Made by a program: the position numbers and the translations under genes. The notes under the pieces are model-generated. The model was not told where the DNA came from. It saw only the letters and a program-made list of their open reading frames with translations, and searched no databases. A stretch of 64,000 nucleotides of DNA, from positions 62,001 to 126,000 of the IMG/VR virus record IMGVR_UViG_3300042922_000542; one strand, written 5' to 3'. This document shows positions 51,903 to 61,437 of this stretch, piece by piece (the stretch's first letter is position 1; every line of letters begins with the position of its first letter).

Positions 51903-52760
51903 ATGGGTGGGGGATATAAATTTAATATGAAAAATAATTTAAGATTGATTATAATATCGGCGATAATGTTAGTTATAATCATGATTGTACCAGTTTTTGC
52001 TACAACCACTGATTATATTAATCAGTCATTCATAGCTGAATTTCCAGTATTGGAAGACGGATATACTATATTTATCGATGATGATGTTGTGGTCACTGAA
52101 GATTTTATCGGCAATACAATTCAACCATTCTATGTAGAGGGAGTAATGTATTTACCAGTAGATACTGTTGTGCATGCAATGGGTAAAAATATTATTGAAT
52201 GGAATGATTCATATTTAATGACTGAAACATATCGATATGATGACGGTTCCGCTAATGTTAATAATGAATTTATTGATCAATCAAATCAAAATAATATTAT
52301 CAATACTTATGATTCAACTGAAGACCCATACAACTATATACTGGAGAACCTTAATATATTAAATTGGATAGGTGCACCTGAATTACTAGTACTAATTGAA
52401 AATGGGTCTAATGTAAGTGATTTAGTTAATCAAGAATATGTGGATGCATGTATGGGCATCGTAGTACATTGGTATGGGGAAATATTACGGCCGCATCAAA
52501 CAATAATTAGTGTAATGATAGCACTATTAATCATATTTGGAATCGGGAAATTTGTGATTGATACTATAGCGCAGACACGTAATGACAAAAAAGATGCGGA
52601 ATTAAAAGAATCTACAAATGAGTACATATTAAATTTAGAGAAACAAATAAAAGAATTAAAAGTATTTGCAGAACTTGATCAATCGGCTATTAATAAATAT
52701 AAAACCGAAATTGAATCATTAAATAATCAACTGAATATGTATAAATTTAAGATGAAGTAA
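51903..52760 (+). CDS. Exported/membrane protein with copper-amine-oxidase-N-like domain, TM helix and coiled coil
   Basis: Signal MKNNLRLIIISAIMLVIIMIVPVFA (probable start 51927); PFYVEGVMYLPV...AMGK..IEW motif; TM TIISVMIALLIIFGIG; C-terminal coiled coil. Confidence 0.65.
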   Translation: MGGGYKFNMKNNLRLIIISAIMLVIIMIVPVFATTTDYINQSFIAEFPVLEDGYTIFIDDDVVVTEDFIGNTIQPFYVEGVMYLPVDTVVHAMGKNIIEWNDSYLMTETYRYDDGSANVNNEFIDQSNQNNIINTYDSTEDPYNYILENLNILNWIGAPELLVLIENGSNVSDLVNQEYVDACMGIVVHWYGEILRPHQTIISVMIALLIIFGIGKFVIDTIAQTRNDKKDAELKESTNEYILNLEKQIKELKVFAELDQSAINKYKTEIESLNNQLNMYKFKMK

Positions 52761-52818
52761 ACTAAAATTAATTATAAGATAGGGATGTTTCCCTATCTTA
52801 TTTTTTATTAATAATAAT

Positions 52819-52829
52819 TTATATATTAT
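52819..52829 (+). promoter_or_regulatory. TTATATATTAT promoter-like motif
   Basis: Exact copy 41 nt before ATG 52870. Confidence 0.6.
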
Positions 52830-52869
52830 CAATTTATATAAAATTCAAATAAAACTGGAGGCTGCAAAA

Positions 52870-53352
52870 ATGTCTAAACAAATTACGAAATATCAACAAG
52901 CAGAACCGATCACATTTATGATTAATTGTGAGGCTGATTTCAGAATTGCTAAATTCAATACAATATCACCTAAATTAAAGATGATAATTACTGAGTTAAT
53001 AAATAATAAAAATTTTGAATTAGCATATGGAAATGATGCAATGACTGAAATGTATGGACCACATATAAAATCAAAACTGCAATTTATAAAACTCATTGCT
53101 GGAAATTTATACCCAGGTAATCCATATGGTTATGACGTTACGATTGAAGGTTCATCCGCGTACTTTATTATACCAGTCACTATAGAAGATACATCAAGTC
53201 AAATTGAATCTGAATATTATGATGCCGTATTAAAATTCATTGGAACGATTCCTAATAGAGTTATGCTTAATTACCAAAACGAAATTAATAGATGTAACGG
53301 CACTACTCAACAAATTAATCTTGCAATTGATTATTCAAATTCAATTAAATGA
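52870..53352 (+). CDS. Hypothetical protein, paralogue family A
   Basis: SD GGAGG; INCEADFRI...LKMIITELINN...GYDVTIEGSSAYF. Confidence 0.75.
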   Translation: MSKQITKYQQAEPITFMINCEADFRIAKFNTISPKLKMIITELINNKNFELAYGNDAMTEMYGPHIKSKLQFIKLIAGNLYPGNPYGYDVTIEGSSAYFIIPVTIEDTSSQIESEYYDAVLKFIGTIPNRVMLNYQNEINRCNGTTQQINLAIDYSNSIK

Positions 53353-53370
53353 TACAGGAGATTTTAAATT

Positions 53371-53889
53371 ATGCATAATTACAACTTTTATGAAAGCGAT
53401 ATAATATTTTTAAAAAGACCACATTGCATTGAAATTAAATGTGAGGGTCAATTCAAAATAATAGATAACATGGAAAATAATGCACCACCTACTATAAGAA
53501 TGCGTGTAACAAAATTAATTGATAACGAATTCTTTATGTTAGATTATACAGATTACAATGAGAGCAAGTATGATGTCGGACCTAAACTTGTTCCAGTACC
53601 TGTATTTGTTAAAAATATTGGTAGACCGATATATCCATCTATTCAAGAAGGATATGAAATTGAAATTAAGGGCAGTGATGCTCATTTTACAATAGATTCG
53701 ATTAATTTTGAAATTACATCAGATATTTATAAAAAGGATGTAATCGGTGTCATATTAGACTTTAGCGCAATAATTCCAAATGATATTCTAATCAATTTTA
53801 ATATAGCTACAGATGAATTTAATGCATACGCACTTAAACAAATTGAAGAAGCTAAAAAATTAATGAAATATATTGGAATGGATAACTGA
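53371..53889 (+). CDS. Hypothetical protein, paralogue family A
   Basis: SD AGGAG; IKCEGQFKI...IRMRVTKLIDN...GYEIEIKGSDAHF. Confidence 0.75.
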   Translation: MHNYNFYESDIIFLKRPHCIEIKCEGQFKIIDNMENNAPPTIRMRVTKLIDNEFFMLDYTDYNESKYDVGPKLVPVPVFVKNIGRPIYPSIQEGYEIEIKGSDAHFTIDSINFEITSDIYKKDVIGVILDFSAIIPNDILINFNIATDEFNAYALKQIEEAKKLMKYIGMDN

Positions 53890-54010
53890 TATAAATCGAA
53901 CTAATAATATTGTATAATTAAATAAATGATTGAGATGGATTCGATCCATCTCAATCTATTTTTTTATATATGTGATTGTATTAATAATATCGCATGTCTT
54001 ATGATGTATT

Positions 54011-54021
54011 TTATATATTAT
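54011..54021 (+). promoter_or_regulatory. TTATATATTAT promoter-like motif
   Basis: Exact copy 32 nt before ATG 54053. Confidence 0.6.
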
Positions 54022-54052
54022 AAAGATAATAAATAATTAGGAGGATTAAAAG

Positions 54053-54802
54053 ATGAAAAAAATAAATAAATTTGGTTATATTTTAATAGGTATAATATTT
54101 GCAATGTTTATAGGAACAACGCCGATTTCTGCATCAACAAACTATGTTGCAAAACAGTTAACCGCGTATTTTCTACCGGAGGAAAAAATTATTTCGATAT
54201 TTGCAGATGGTAAACAATTTACACAAGATGCGAATGGTAATAAATATAAACCATTCATTATTGATGGTACTATGTATTTACCAGTTAAAGATGTTGCAAA
54301 TCTGTTGGGAAAAGAAGTACAGTGGTTCGAAGATCAATCATCGCTATCATTTAAAGATACATACTTGGCATCCCCAGATAATTCCGATAATGTAAATGCA
54401 ACACTTACCACAATTATTGACAATAATGGTGATCGTCAAGATAAATTGACTTATAAATTTACATTGGATGAAGAAGCTGTAGGGCAATGGAAAATGTTCC
54501 ATTATTATAATAGCTTAAATGATTTTACACCTGCATTGACACCCATACAAAATTTTGATTGGACTGGTAATACATTACAACCTGATGGAACATTGATAAT
54601 GCATAATAGTCATCCTGAAAGTGGGGACTTTGTCTCGAAATGGACTAATGGCTATTTTGTAAGTGCTCGTGGGATGAGTGGTGTTCCAGCATATAAAATA
54701 ACTACTATCGGTGATAGAATGTTTATGGTATTAGAATGGAAGAGTGGAGATTATGCTAGAAATGGTAGTATAAGTTATTATGTATTTGAAAAAATAAAAT
54801 AG
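54053..54802 (+). CDS. Exported protein with copper-amine-oxidase-N-like (stalk) domain
   Basis: Signal peptide ending PISA; IFADGK...DANGNKYKPFIIDGTMYLPVKDVANLLGKEVQW, typical of clostridial surface proteins; C-terminal ...EWKSGDY...YYVFEK domain. Confidence 0.75.
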   Translation: MKKINKFGYILIGIIFAMFIGTTPISASTNYVAKQLTAYFLPEEKIISIFADGKQFTQDANGNKYKPFIIDGTMYLPVKDVANLLGKEVQWFEDQSSLSFKDTYLASPDNSDNVNATLTTIIDNNGDRQDKLTYKFTLDEEAVGQWKMFHYYNSLNDFTPALTPIQNFDWTGNTLQPDGTLIMHNSHPESGDFVSKWTNGYFVSARGMSGVPAYKITTIGDRMFMVLEWKSGDYARNGSISYYVFEKIK

Positions 54803-54839
54803 GTTAGGGCTAATACCCTAACCTATTTTTTTATATAAT

Positions 54840-56657
54840 TTATATTTCAGCCGTATCGTCTTGTGCACCTTCAGCACTATAATCAATGAATATACATTGA
54901 TTTCCAGATATTAATAGTTTAACTAACTCGCTAGCAGCCATTAATACATTAACATCTGTCTCTACTGAAGTTATTACTTTATCACTATATTTAAGGCTTT
55001 CTAAATCGAATACTTTATTAGATTTAATTGATTCACTTATTATTTCAACGCATTTATGATTGATAATATCCACGAGCTGATTTGCATCAGTAAGCTCACT
55101 AACATTAGGAATCATCTTAATTATTCCATTATTTTCAGGACCATGCAATACTTTAGCATATAAATTTGTTGATGCATTTTTTATTAATTGAATTATTTCA
55201 ATTCTTAAAATATCATCCGGTGTTTTAACATCCACTGCATTAGATAATAACTCTTCACATGCTCTAACAATCGAAATTTGACATCCCGGTACAATACCAT
55301 ATTTAGATGCAGATGCAACAGCCTTGATAACATCATCGACCGTATCATATAAAATATTCGCTTGTAATGTTGAATCAGCTCCTACATAATAAATGAAATT
55401 CTCCATCTTCAATTGAGATATTCTTGCATTAATTTTAGCGATATCTGCAGCATATGCTTTTCTATCATTATCGATCTTAGATAATATGCTTTCTAATTCA
55501 ATTTCAGCATTATGTAATTGCTGTTGATATTTTTGATTCTCTGTCAAATCATCGACTGTGAATACAGATCCGTCATAAATTGATAATGAAGCACTTTTAA
55601 TATTACCAAGTATATCAAATTTATTCTCAGTAATTATGTCATATTTATCAATAGTACTAGCTGCCATTAATTCATCATTAATTGTTTTAAATAAATCCAT
55701 TGTAATAGGCTGGCATCCTATTATAACTGATAAATCTTCCATCTGGGATGGAGCCAAGCTACCATATTTATATTGTGTTAATATTAAATTTAAGCCGTTA
55801 TTATTTCTATATTCAGCATTTATGTAATTTTTCAATACAGTTTTAGCTAATAGCTCATCATATGCTGGTGCAAGAATTAATATCTTTTCATTGTTAGGAC
55901 GATAAATCTCATTTACGGTTTTAATAAAATTTGTGAATGTGTCATTATCTATTTTATAATCGAATAATAACACTTTAACATTTTCCTCTGTTGTGCTTAA
56001 ATCTTCATTTTTACAATAAGCTTCATCAATTAGATTAGCCGGAAATTCAAAACCCTTAACTGTTCTAATATAGCTCTTATTAGTAGGGGAATTTTTAAGT
56101 TTAATAACAGGTGATTTAGCAGCATTATAAATCTCCGATATATTTTTACTGATTTCAATATTACCATTGGATGCTATATAAGCTACGTCATAAATCATCT
56201 GATTGTCCTCAATTAAAGTGCCATACGATTTTACTAGCTCGGTGATTTCTTCAATGCTTCTATCCCAAGTGTGTGTGAATGTTCTTGGCAGACGATATAA
56301 TCTATCGAGTGTTTCTTTTCGTTGCATATATTTATTGAATAAAATGTTTGTCATCACTATTGCAGTTGTTGTTGCATCCCCAACTGTGTTATTTAATTTA
56401 ACGCATGGTGCCTTAATTAAATTATAAATCATAGTTTTATATTTATTACGGAATCTCATATTTTTAAATATTGTAAATCCGTCTTTTGTTGCTGATGTAT
56501 AAGCACCATCGATAATTAATGAATGCGATCCCAATGGTCCTAATGATTTACCTAGTGTTTCAGCAATTGTTGAGAAAACTTCTAAAGCTAATGTATTAAA
56601 CTCTTCAGCTTTCATAATATTGGCATTTGTTTTATTACTGTAATCTAAAAAATTCAT
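54840..56657 (-). CDS. groEL: Phage-encoded GroEL/Cpn60-like chaperonin
   Basis: LGKSLGPLG, TKDGFTI, VGDATTTA, YGIVPG; 605 aa. Confidence 0.85.
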   Translation of the reverse strand: MNFLDYSNKTNANIMKAEEFNTLALEVFSTIAETLGKSLGPLGSHSLIIDGAYTSATKDGFTIFKNMRFRNKYKTMIYNLIKAPCVKLNNTVGDATTTAIVMTNILFNKYMQRKETLDRLYRLPRTFTHTWDRSIEEITELVKSYGTLIEDNQMIYDVAYIASNGNIEISKNISEIYNAAKSPVIKLKNSPTNKSYIRTVKGFEFPANLIDEAYCKNEDLSTTEENVKVLLFDYKIDNDTFTNFIKTVNEIYRPNNEKILILAPAYDELLAKTVLKNYINAEYRNNNGLNLILTQYKYGSLAPSQMEDLSVIIGCQPITMDLFKTINDELMAASTIDKYDIITENKFDILGNIKSASLSIYDGSVFTVDDLTENQKYQQQLHNAEIELESILSKIDNDRKAYAADIAKINARISQLKMENFIYYVGADSTLQANILYDTVDDVIKAVASASKYGIVPGCQISIVRACEELLSNAVDVKTPDDILRIEIIQLIKNASTNLYAKVLHGPENNGIIKMIPNVSELTDANQLVDIINHKCVEIISESIKSNKVFDLESLKYSDKVITSVETDVNVLMAASELVKLLISGNQCIFIDYSAEGAQDDTAEI

Positions 56658-56717
56658 GTGTCGTACCTTCCTTTTATTTTTTATATTTATATTAAATATA
56701 TATAATTGATATATTTT

Positions 56718-57170
56718 CTATGATCCTAATTGGTATAATTCACATATTAACCGTTCATTGTATTCAGGATTAATTGGATCTGAAACGTTAAACCTATTAA
56801 TTAAATCATCCATTACTTTGTAAATAGACCAATTATATATAAACCCAATAGTCATTTGTATGGTTTGACCCAATTTATTAAATCTTTCATATATTTTAAT
56901 ACGCCATCTATTCATATATGTGACTTCGTATGCATGATATATTATGTCATCTGGTGTTGGTACAAGACTATATAAATGTTTATAGTCAGTACAATACTGT
57001 TTAAAATATTTAAAATGTCGCTTCTTTATATCATCACCCTGCCAGTATGGAAATTGATATTGATTAGTTGTCTCTATAAATATATATGGTAAATATTTGA
57101 ATGTTTGTAATAATTTTTTACCATAAATATATTTACTTTTATTGGGATTTAGGTTTATAAATTTATACAT
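56718..57170 (-). CDS. Hypothetical aromatic-rich protein
   Basis: SD AAGGA; 150 aa. Confidence 0.65.
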   Translation of the reverse strand: MYKFINLNPNKSKYIYGKKLLQTFKYLPYIFIETTNQYQFPYWQGDDIKKRHFKYFKQYCTDYKHLYSLVPTPDDIIYHAYEVTYMNRWRIKIYERFNKLGQTIQMTIGFIYNWSIYKVMDDLINRFNVSDPINPEYNERLICELYQLGS

Positions 57171-57272
57171 ATTACCGATCCTTTCTTATAAGATTTAATT
57201 TCACTAATATCTATTATTTAAGATAGTTAACATTATTATTATATATAATAAAAACAAGGAGTTGGTTATATT

Positions 57273-57857
57273 ATGCGAAAAGAAGATATATTGTATGAAG
57301 CCGAATTTGGAGATATACCTAACGACCAATTAGGTCGTATAAAATACATATTAGGGAAAAGAGCTGATAATGAGAAGTTTAATCAAATGATAGTAAAAGA
57401 AGCTAGACGTTTACAAAAAGTGAAATATAATAAATTATCTTTTGCAATGTGGAAAATCGTTAGACCATCGGCTCGTCCTAGAGTAACACGTCAACAAGGT
57501 TATATGAGAATGTATGTACCTCGGGCTGCTGAAAATGGTAATTGGTTTGAAGAATATGCAAAAGCAAATAATTTACCTCATATTAGTACACCATGTATAT
57601 TAGATATGAAAATATATGAGAAAACACCTAGTTCATTTAGTATAAAAAATAAGATACTGGCTGAAATGGGATTAATAAGACCATGGAGACGTACTGGTGA
57701 CGTTGATAATTATGCTAAAGGTGTTTTAGACATGATCCAACATGGTATGCTTGAAGATGACTGCTTGGTAATATCAAGTAGACAAGATCTGTACTATTCG
57801 ATAAAACCACATGCCGAAATATCAATAGAATATATGAAAGAATTTCCAACTTATTAA
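57273..57857 (+). CDS. rusA: RusA-like Holliday junction resolvase
   Basis: ARPRVT and TGDVDNYAKGVLD...EDD catalytic pattern. Confidence 0.8.
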   Translation: MRKEDILYEAEFGDIPNDQLGRIKYILGKRADNEKFNQMIVKEARRLQKVKYNKLSFAMWKIVRPSARPRVTRQQGYMRMYVPRAAENGNWFEEYAKANNLPHISTPCILDMKIYEKTPSSFSIKNKILAEMGLIRPWRRTGDVDNYAKGVLDMIQHGMLEDDCLVISSRQDLYYSIKPHAEISIEYMKEFPTY

Positions 57858-57992
57858 AAAAATAAAGGGGTGTCACACAGACACCTTTATTCATAATGAT
57901 TTTATAATTACGTATATTGGTTTTTGCTGGGATATATCAACCAGCAATGAATACCTGTCCGTTCGGGCTAACGCAAATGTTATTAAGCGTTA

Positions 57993-58484
57993 TTACACAA
58001 TTAATCGATCATTCTTACACTTTAAAACTGCTGTGTTAAACTTCTTAAACATTTCCGATGTCTCTAAATTATCAAATTCATATTCATCATCCAATTCTTG
58101 TTGACAGGTTATGTTTAATAATACATTGATTTTGTATGGTAGTGTTATTATGTATGTAAATTTATCTCCGTCTTTGCAATCTTTTATTAGTTGATATGGT
58201 ATGTAATTACATTTATCTCCGACTAAAAAACGTTCCCCCAAATCTTTAATATCTACTGAAATTCCTTCGACTCCTATATTATTACAGTGATCTGTTGACA
58301 TTCGTACTTTAATCAATCTCTGATCATCTAATAATAAGTCGTTTAAATTATAAATATTAAAGAAATCATGACGGTCGTCATATGAATTAATACGACTAAT
58401 ATAACAACCTGTGTACGGTAATACTGAAATACTCACATCCAATTCAACATCAATTGCCAACCCCTTCGCGGTGTCCATTATCAA
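57993..58484 (-). CDS. Hypothetical protein
   Basis: SD AAGGGAG; 163 aa. Confidence 0.7.
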   Translation of the reverse strand: MIMDTAKGLAIDVELDVSISVLPYTGCYISRINSYDDRHDFFNIYNLNDLLLDDQRLIKVRMSTDHCNNIGVEGISVDIKDLGERFLVGDKCNYIPYQLIKDCKDGDKFTYIITLPYKINVLLNITCQQELDDEYEFDNLETSEMFKKFNTAVLKCKNDRLIV

Positions 58485-58629
58485 AATCTCCCTTCCCTAA
58501 TATAATTTTTCTCATTTGTTTTATTAATATTTCCCCACTTTTTTAAATTGATTTCCCACCGATGCTATATGTATAATATATATCTTCGGGTTTGATATAT
58601 ACGATTATTAAATAAAGGAGCTGAATACT

Positions 58630-59076
58630 ATGTATGGAAACGATATAGAACGAATATTAGTATTGGTATGTGGCATAAATAAAACTGCGATTACAAGATC
58701 TGAAGCTTTAGATAATATCGAAAATTTACCAGTATCAACAAATCCTCATACAAATTCAATTGTATCATATGCTAATATATTACAGGTTGAAGTTAATAAA
58801 ATAAATAAGATTGTAGAAAAAGCCCATACTGCTATAACTAGAATAAATAACAGCTATGGATCACCTTATACCGAAATATACAATCTGCAGAATAAACTTA
58901 ATGCATGTATGAATTTTGCATACAGTCATCCGACTATAGAATATAGTTATGAGAAAAATGAGTTAGTTAATTTAATGCGATCAATATCATTACTTGCAAT
59001 TGATACTAAATACGCTATAATAACATACCAAGATTATCTTCAAAAAGGATATGATTCTATTATAAATAAAAAATAA
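58630..59076 (+). CDS. Hypothetical helical protein
   Basis: SD AAGGAG; 148 aa. Confidence 0.7.
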   Translation: MYGNDIERILVLVCGINKTAITRSEALDNIENLPVSTNPHTNSIVSYANILQVEVNKINKIVEKAHTAITRINNSYGSPYTEIYNLQNKLNACMNFAYSHPTIEYSYEKNELVNLMRSISLLAIDTKYAIITYQDYLQKGYDSIINKK

Positions 59077-59103
59077 ACAAATATTGTGTAATTACATGAT
59101 AAA

Positions 59104-59114
59104 TTATATATTAT
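59104..59114 (+). promoter_or_regulatory. TTATATATTAT promoter-like motif
   Basis: Exact copy 57 nt before ATG 59171. Confidence 0.55.
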
Positions 59115-59170
59115 AATTATATGATGCATGATAAAATATAATTGATATTTGTGGGGAGGGTCGTGATTTT

Positions 59171-59374
59171 ATGCTAATTAAGAAAGGGACATTTGTATTT
59201 AACTGCACACCTAAAGGCGGTATACCAATGATCGTCGAGAAATGTCGCAAGTGTAAATTATCAACGGAATGCACAATTCATAATAGTATGGAGCAAATGG
59301 AACGCGAATTAGAACATGAGATGCGTTATGAAACTAGTGAATACATATTTAGAAAATCTATTATAGGGGGATAA
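59171..59374 (+). CDS. Small hypothetical protein (CxxC, C, H)
   Basis: SD GGGAGGG; CRKCKLSTECTIH; TAATG-type coupling to the next gene. Confidence 0.6.
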   Translation: MLIKKGTFVFNCTPKGGIPMIVEKCRKCKLSTECTIHNSMEQMERELEHEMRYETSEYIFRKSIIGG

Positions 59375-59619
59375 TGATTATGCAAATATTACAAATGGTT
59401 TTGGTATATATTATTTTGGGGGTATATGTCTGTATAGGTTTATCTATCGGGATAATAATATCCTGTAATAAAAAAGTAAGAGATGGCATCGATGAATTTA
59501 CTGATACTATGATTAATGCGCATCGCATGAATGCAACTGCAGTTAAAACAGTTGCATATGCTACAATGATAATATTGTGTGTTATTGCTTGGGCACCAAT
59601 TAGCATGATTAAAAAATAA
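59374..59619 (+). CDS. Small two-TM membrane protein, paralogue family B
   Basis: YxxIGxxxG...W-x-P...KK pattern shared with 59636. Confidence 0.7.
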   Translation: MIMQILQMVLVYIILGVYVCIGLSIGIIISCNKKVRDGIDEFTDTMINAHRMNATAVKTVAYATMIILCVIAWAPISMIKK

Positions 59620-59635
59620 TAAAGGAGTAATATAA

Positions 59636-59869
59636 ATGGTAATATTATCAATGATGATATTTATATACCTTGCAATCGGAATAGTTTTTGGTGTTACTAT
59701 ACTATTTGTAAGTATATACAAGGATATGCTTAATGATACATTAATTGAATTAAAATGTAAACGTAAATATTGGCGTACCTTCGTATCAGGATCAATACAA
59801 ATTTTAACAGTTATAATGGCTGCAATCATATGGCTTCCAGTTATGATTAAAAAGGCCATTGATATATAA
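59636..59869 (+). CDS. Small two-TM membrane protein, paralogue family B
   Basis: SD AAGGAG; YLAIGIVFG...IIWLPVMIKK. Confidence 0.75.
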   Translation: MVILSMMIFIYLAIGIVFGVTILFVSIYKDMLNDTLIELKCKRKYWRTFVSGSIQILTVIMAAIIWLPVMIKKAIDI

Positions 59870-59894
59870 AATACATATATGAAGGAGTATTAAA

Positions 59895-60101
59895 ATGAAT
59901 ATAATGGAGATTCTTTCAAACGGTGGTTGGATGCTTATATTAACAATCACTATGCTAACAATTAAACATTATCGTATACCAGGTCTTATATTAGTAACCA
60001 GTAAAATTGTAGGAATACCTATATCAGATCGTACACTAATATTGCTAGTTGTAATAGCAATCGTAATTGAATTAGACTATCGATATAAATGCAAAAAATA
60101 A
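59895..60101 (+). CDS. Small membrane protein
   Basis: SD AAGGAG; hydrophobic, 68 aa. Confidence 0.7.
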   Translation: MNIMEILSNGGWMLILTITMLTIKHYRIPGLILVTSKIVGIPISDRTLILLVVIAIVIELDYRYKCKK

Positions 60102-60143
60102 ATGGGCGAATTAACGCCCATTTATTTTTTATCGTATATTATT

Positions 60144-60302
60144 TTAATTATTATTAGCGGCTGACGGAGCGTCCCATCTTTGTTCGCGGAGCTTCTTTTC
60201 AATTTCAGCTTGTAACGCTGCTTGTCTCAATGCTTCATCAATCTTAGATTGTTCTTCTGCGCTCCATTTCGCCTTTTTGTCGCTGCCCTTTTGGTTGTCC
60301 AT
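60144..60302 (-). CDS. Small charged helical protein (52 aa), not in the ORF track
   Basis: SD GAGTGGGGTG; MDNQKGSDKKAKWSAEEQSKIDEALRQAALQAEIEKKLREQRWDAPSAANNN*; visibly more GC-rich than its neighbours. Confidence 0.7.
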   Translation of the reverse strand: MDNQKGSDKKAKWSAEEQSKIDEALRQAALQAEIEKKLREQRWDAPSAANNN

Positions 60303-60483
60303 ATGTGGATCACCCCACTCTCTATATCATTATTTTTTAATAAAATTAACGAAAATGCACACAATTATATTTGTATATTAGTAAAATATATAATTATTAT
60401 TTAACAATAATTATCATATCGTATATCATGATTTATCATCTATATATTATTATATTATCAATAATGTAAAGGAGATTAATTTA

Positions 60484-60714
60484 ATGAAAAACGAAAAATC
60501 TGTTGAATTAACTACGATGGCAATAATAATGATAAAAGCAATCATTTGTGAATCAGATGGAAAAAGAAGAAAGGATGCTATAATTAGAACTATTATTCGT
60601 AAATCTGATAGTTTATCTAATATAGCTGAAGTTAAATATTGTAATCATAAATTTAAATTCCTAGTGCGTGATTATAATACTCATCGATTAATTGACTTCG
60701 ATCCACGAATATAA
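60484..60714 (+). CDS. Hypothetical protein
   Basis: SD AAGGAG; CTATATATTAT variant at 60440. Confidence 0.65.
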   Translation: MKNEKSVELTTMAIIMIKAIICESDGKRRKDAIIRTIIRKSDSLSNIAEVKYCNHKFKFLVRDYNTHRLIDFDPRI

Positions 60715-60813
60715 TATATCATTATATAATAGAATATTATAATAATATTCTATTTTTTTATTTTTTTAAATATTAATTAAATATACATATATAGATAATA
60801 AAAGAAATTAATT

Positions 60814-61370
60814 AAGATGGATTGCGCGATGAAACTTTCTTTTATTATATTCTAAGGACATAGAATTGAAATCTATTGCGATTATAAATGAAATGGTAAA
60901 CCTGCGTACCTCCTCAGATGTATATGCGCTATAAGATTGATTTCATGGGATCATTTAAATGAATGTCCAGACATGCTGCTACTGTAATGAACCGATTGAT
61001 TCACAATATGTTCACCTCCCAGTGTTTAATCATATTAATTAGTGAGCAGCTTATAAGCAATCCGTTAACGTATATGGAATTATTTCTGTATATAAGGATG
61101 ACTAGTAGATACATTCAGATTTATCTACTTCCTGACTATATTGCCGATATGTCAAGGATCAATATAATGAGATCGAGCATAGATATAATGATAAATCCAT
61201 TTGTTGCTACCTGTAGGCACAGGAGAGTGCGAAGAACATAATGGTCAAATAATGATTATAGAGATTCAGGGTAACTGGGTGAAGGGTAGGTAATAGTTGA
61301 CCAACTAACAATGTCATGACTATTGTGTAGATCTCCATAATCATAAGAGTTGTTTCCTTTTATTAAGTGT
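60814..61370 (+). ncRNA. Putative large structured non-coding RNA (about 550 nt)
   Basis: No credible CDS or SD. Nested helices: 60816-25/61057-66, 60856-61/60963-68, 60867-73/60939-45, 60975-80/61045-50, 61104-11/61122-29, 61252-65/61331-44. G-U pairs favour the + strand. Ends at a strong terminator. Confidence 0.55.
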
Positions 61371-61379
61371 TTTATACAA

Positions 61380-61418
61380 AAAAATAGATAGGGGGTGATG
61401 AACCCCCTATCTATTTTT
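61380..61418. terminator. Bidirectional intrinsic terminator
   Basis: AAAAATAGATAGGGGG-TGATGAA-CCCCCTATCTATTTTT. Confidence 0.85.
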
Positions 61419-61437
61419 ATTTGTATTTTACTATGTA

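Noticed and set aside
60963-61241. 92-aa ORF as a protein gene
   Set aside because: No SD, atypical composition, and it overlaps extensively paired sequence better explained as RNA. It is not formally excluded.
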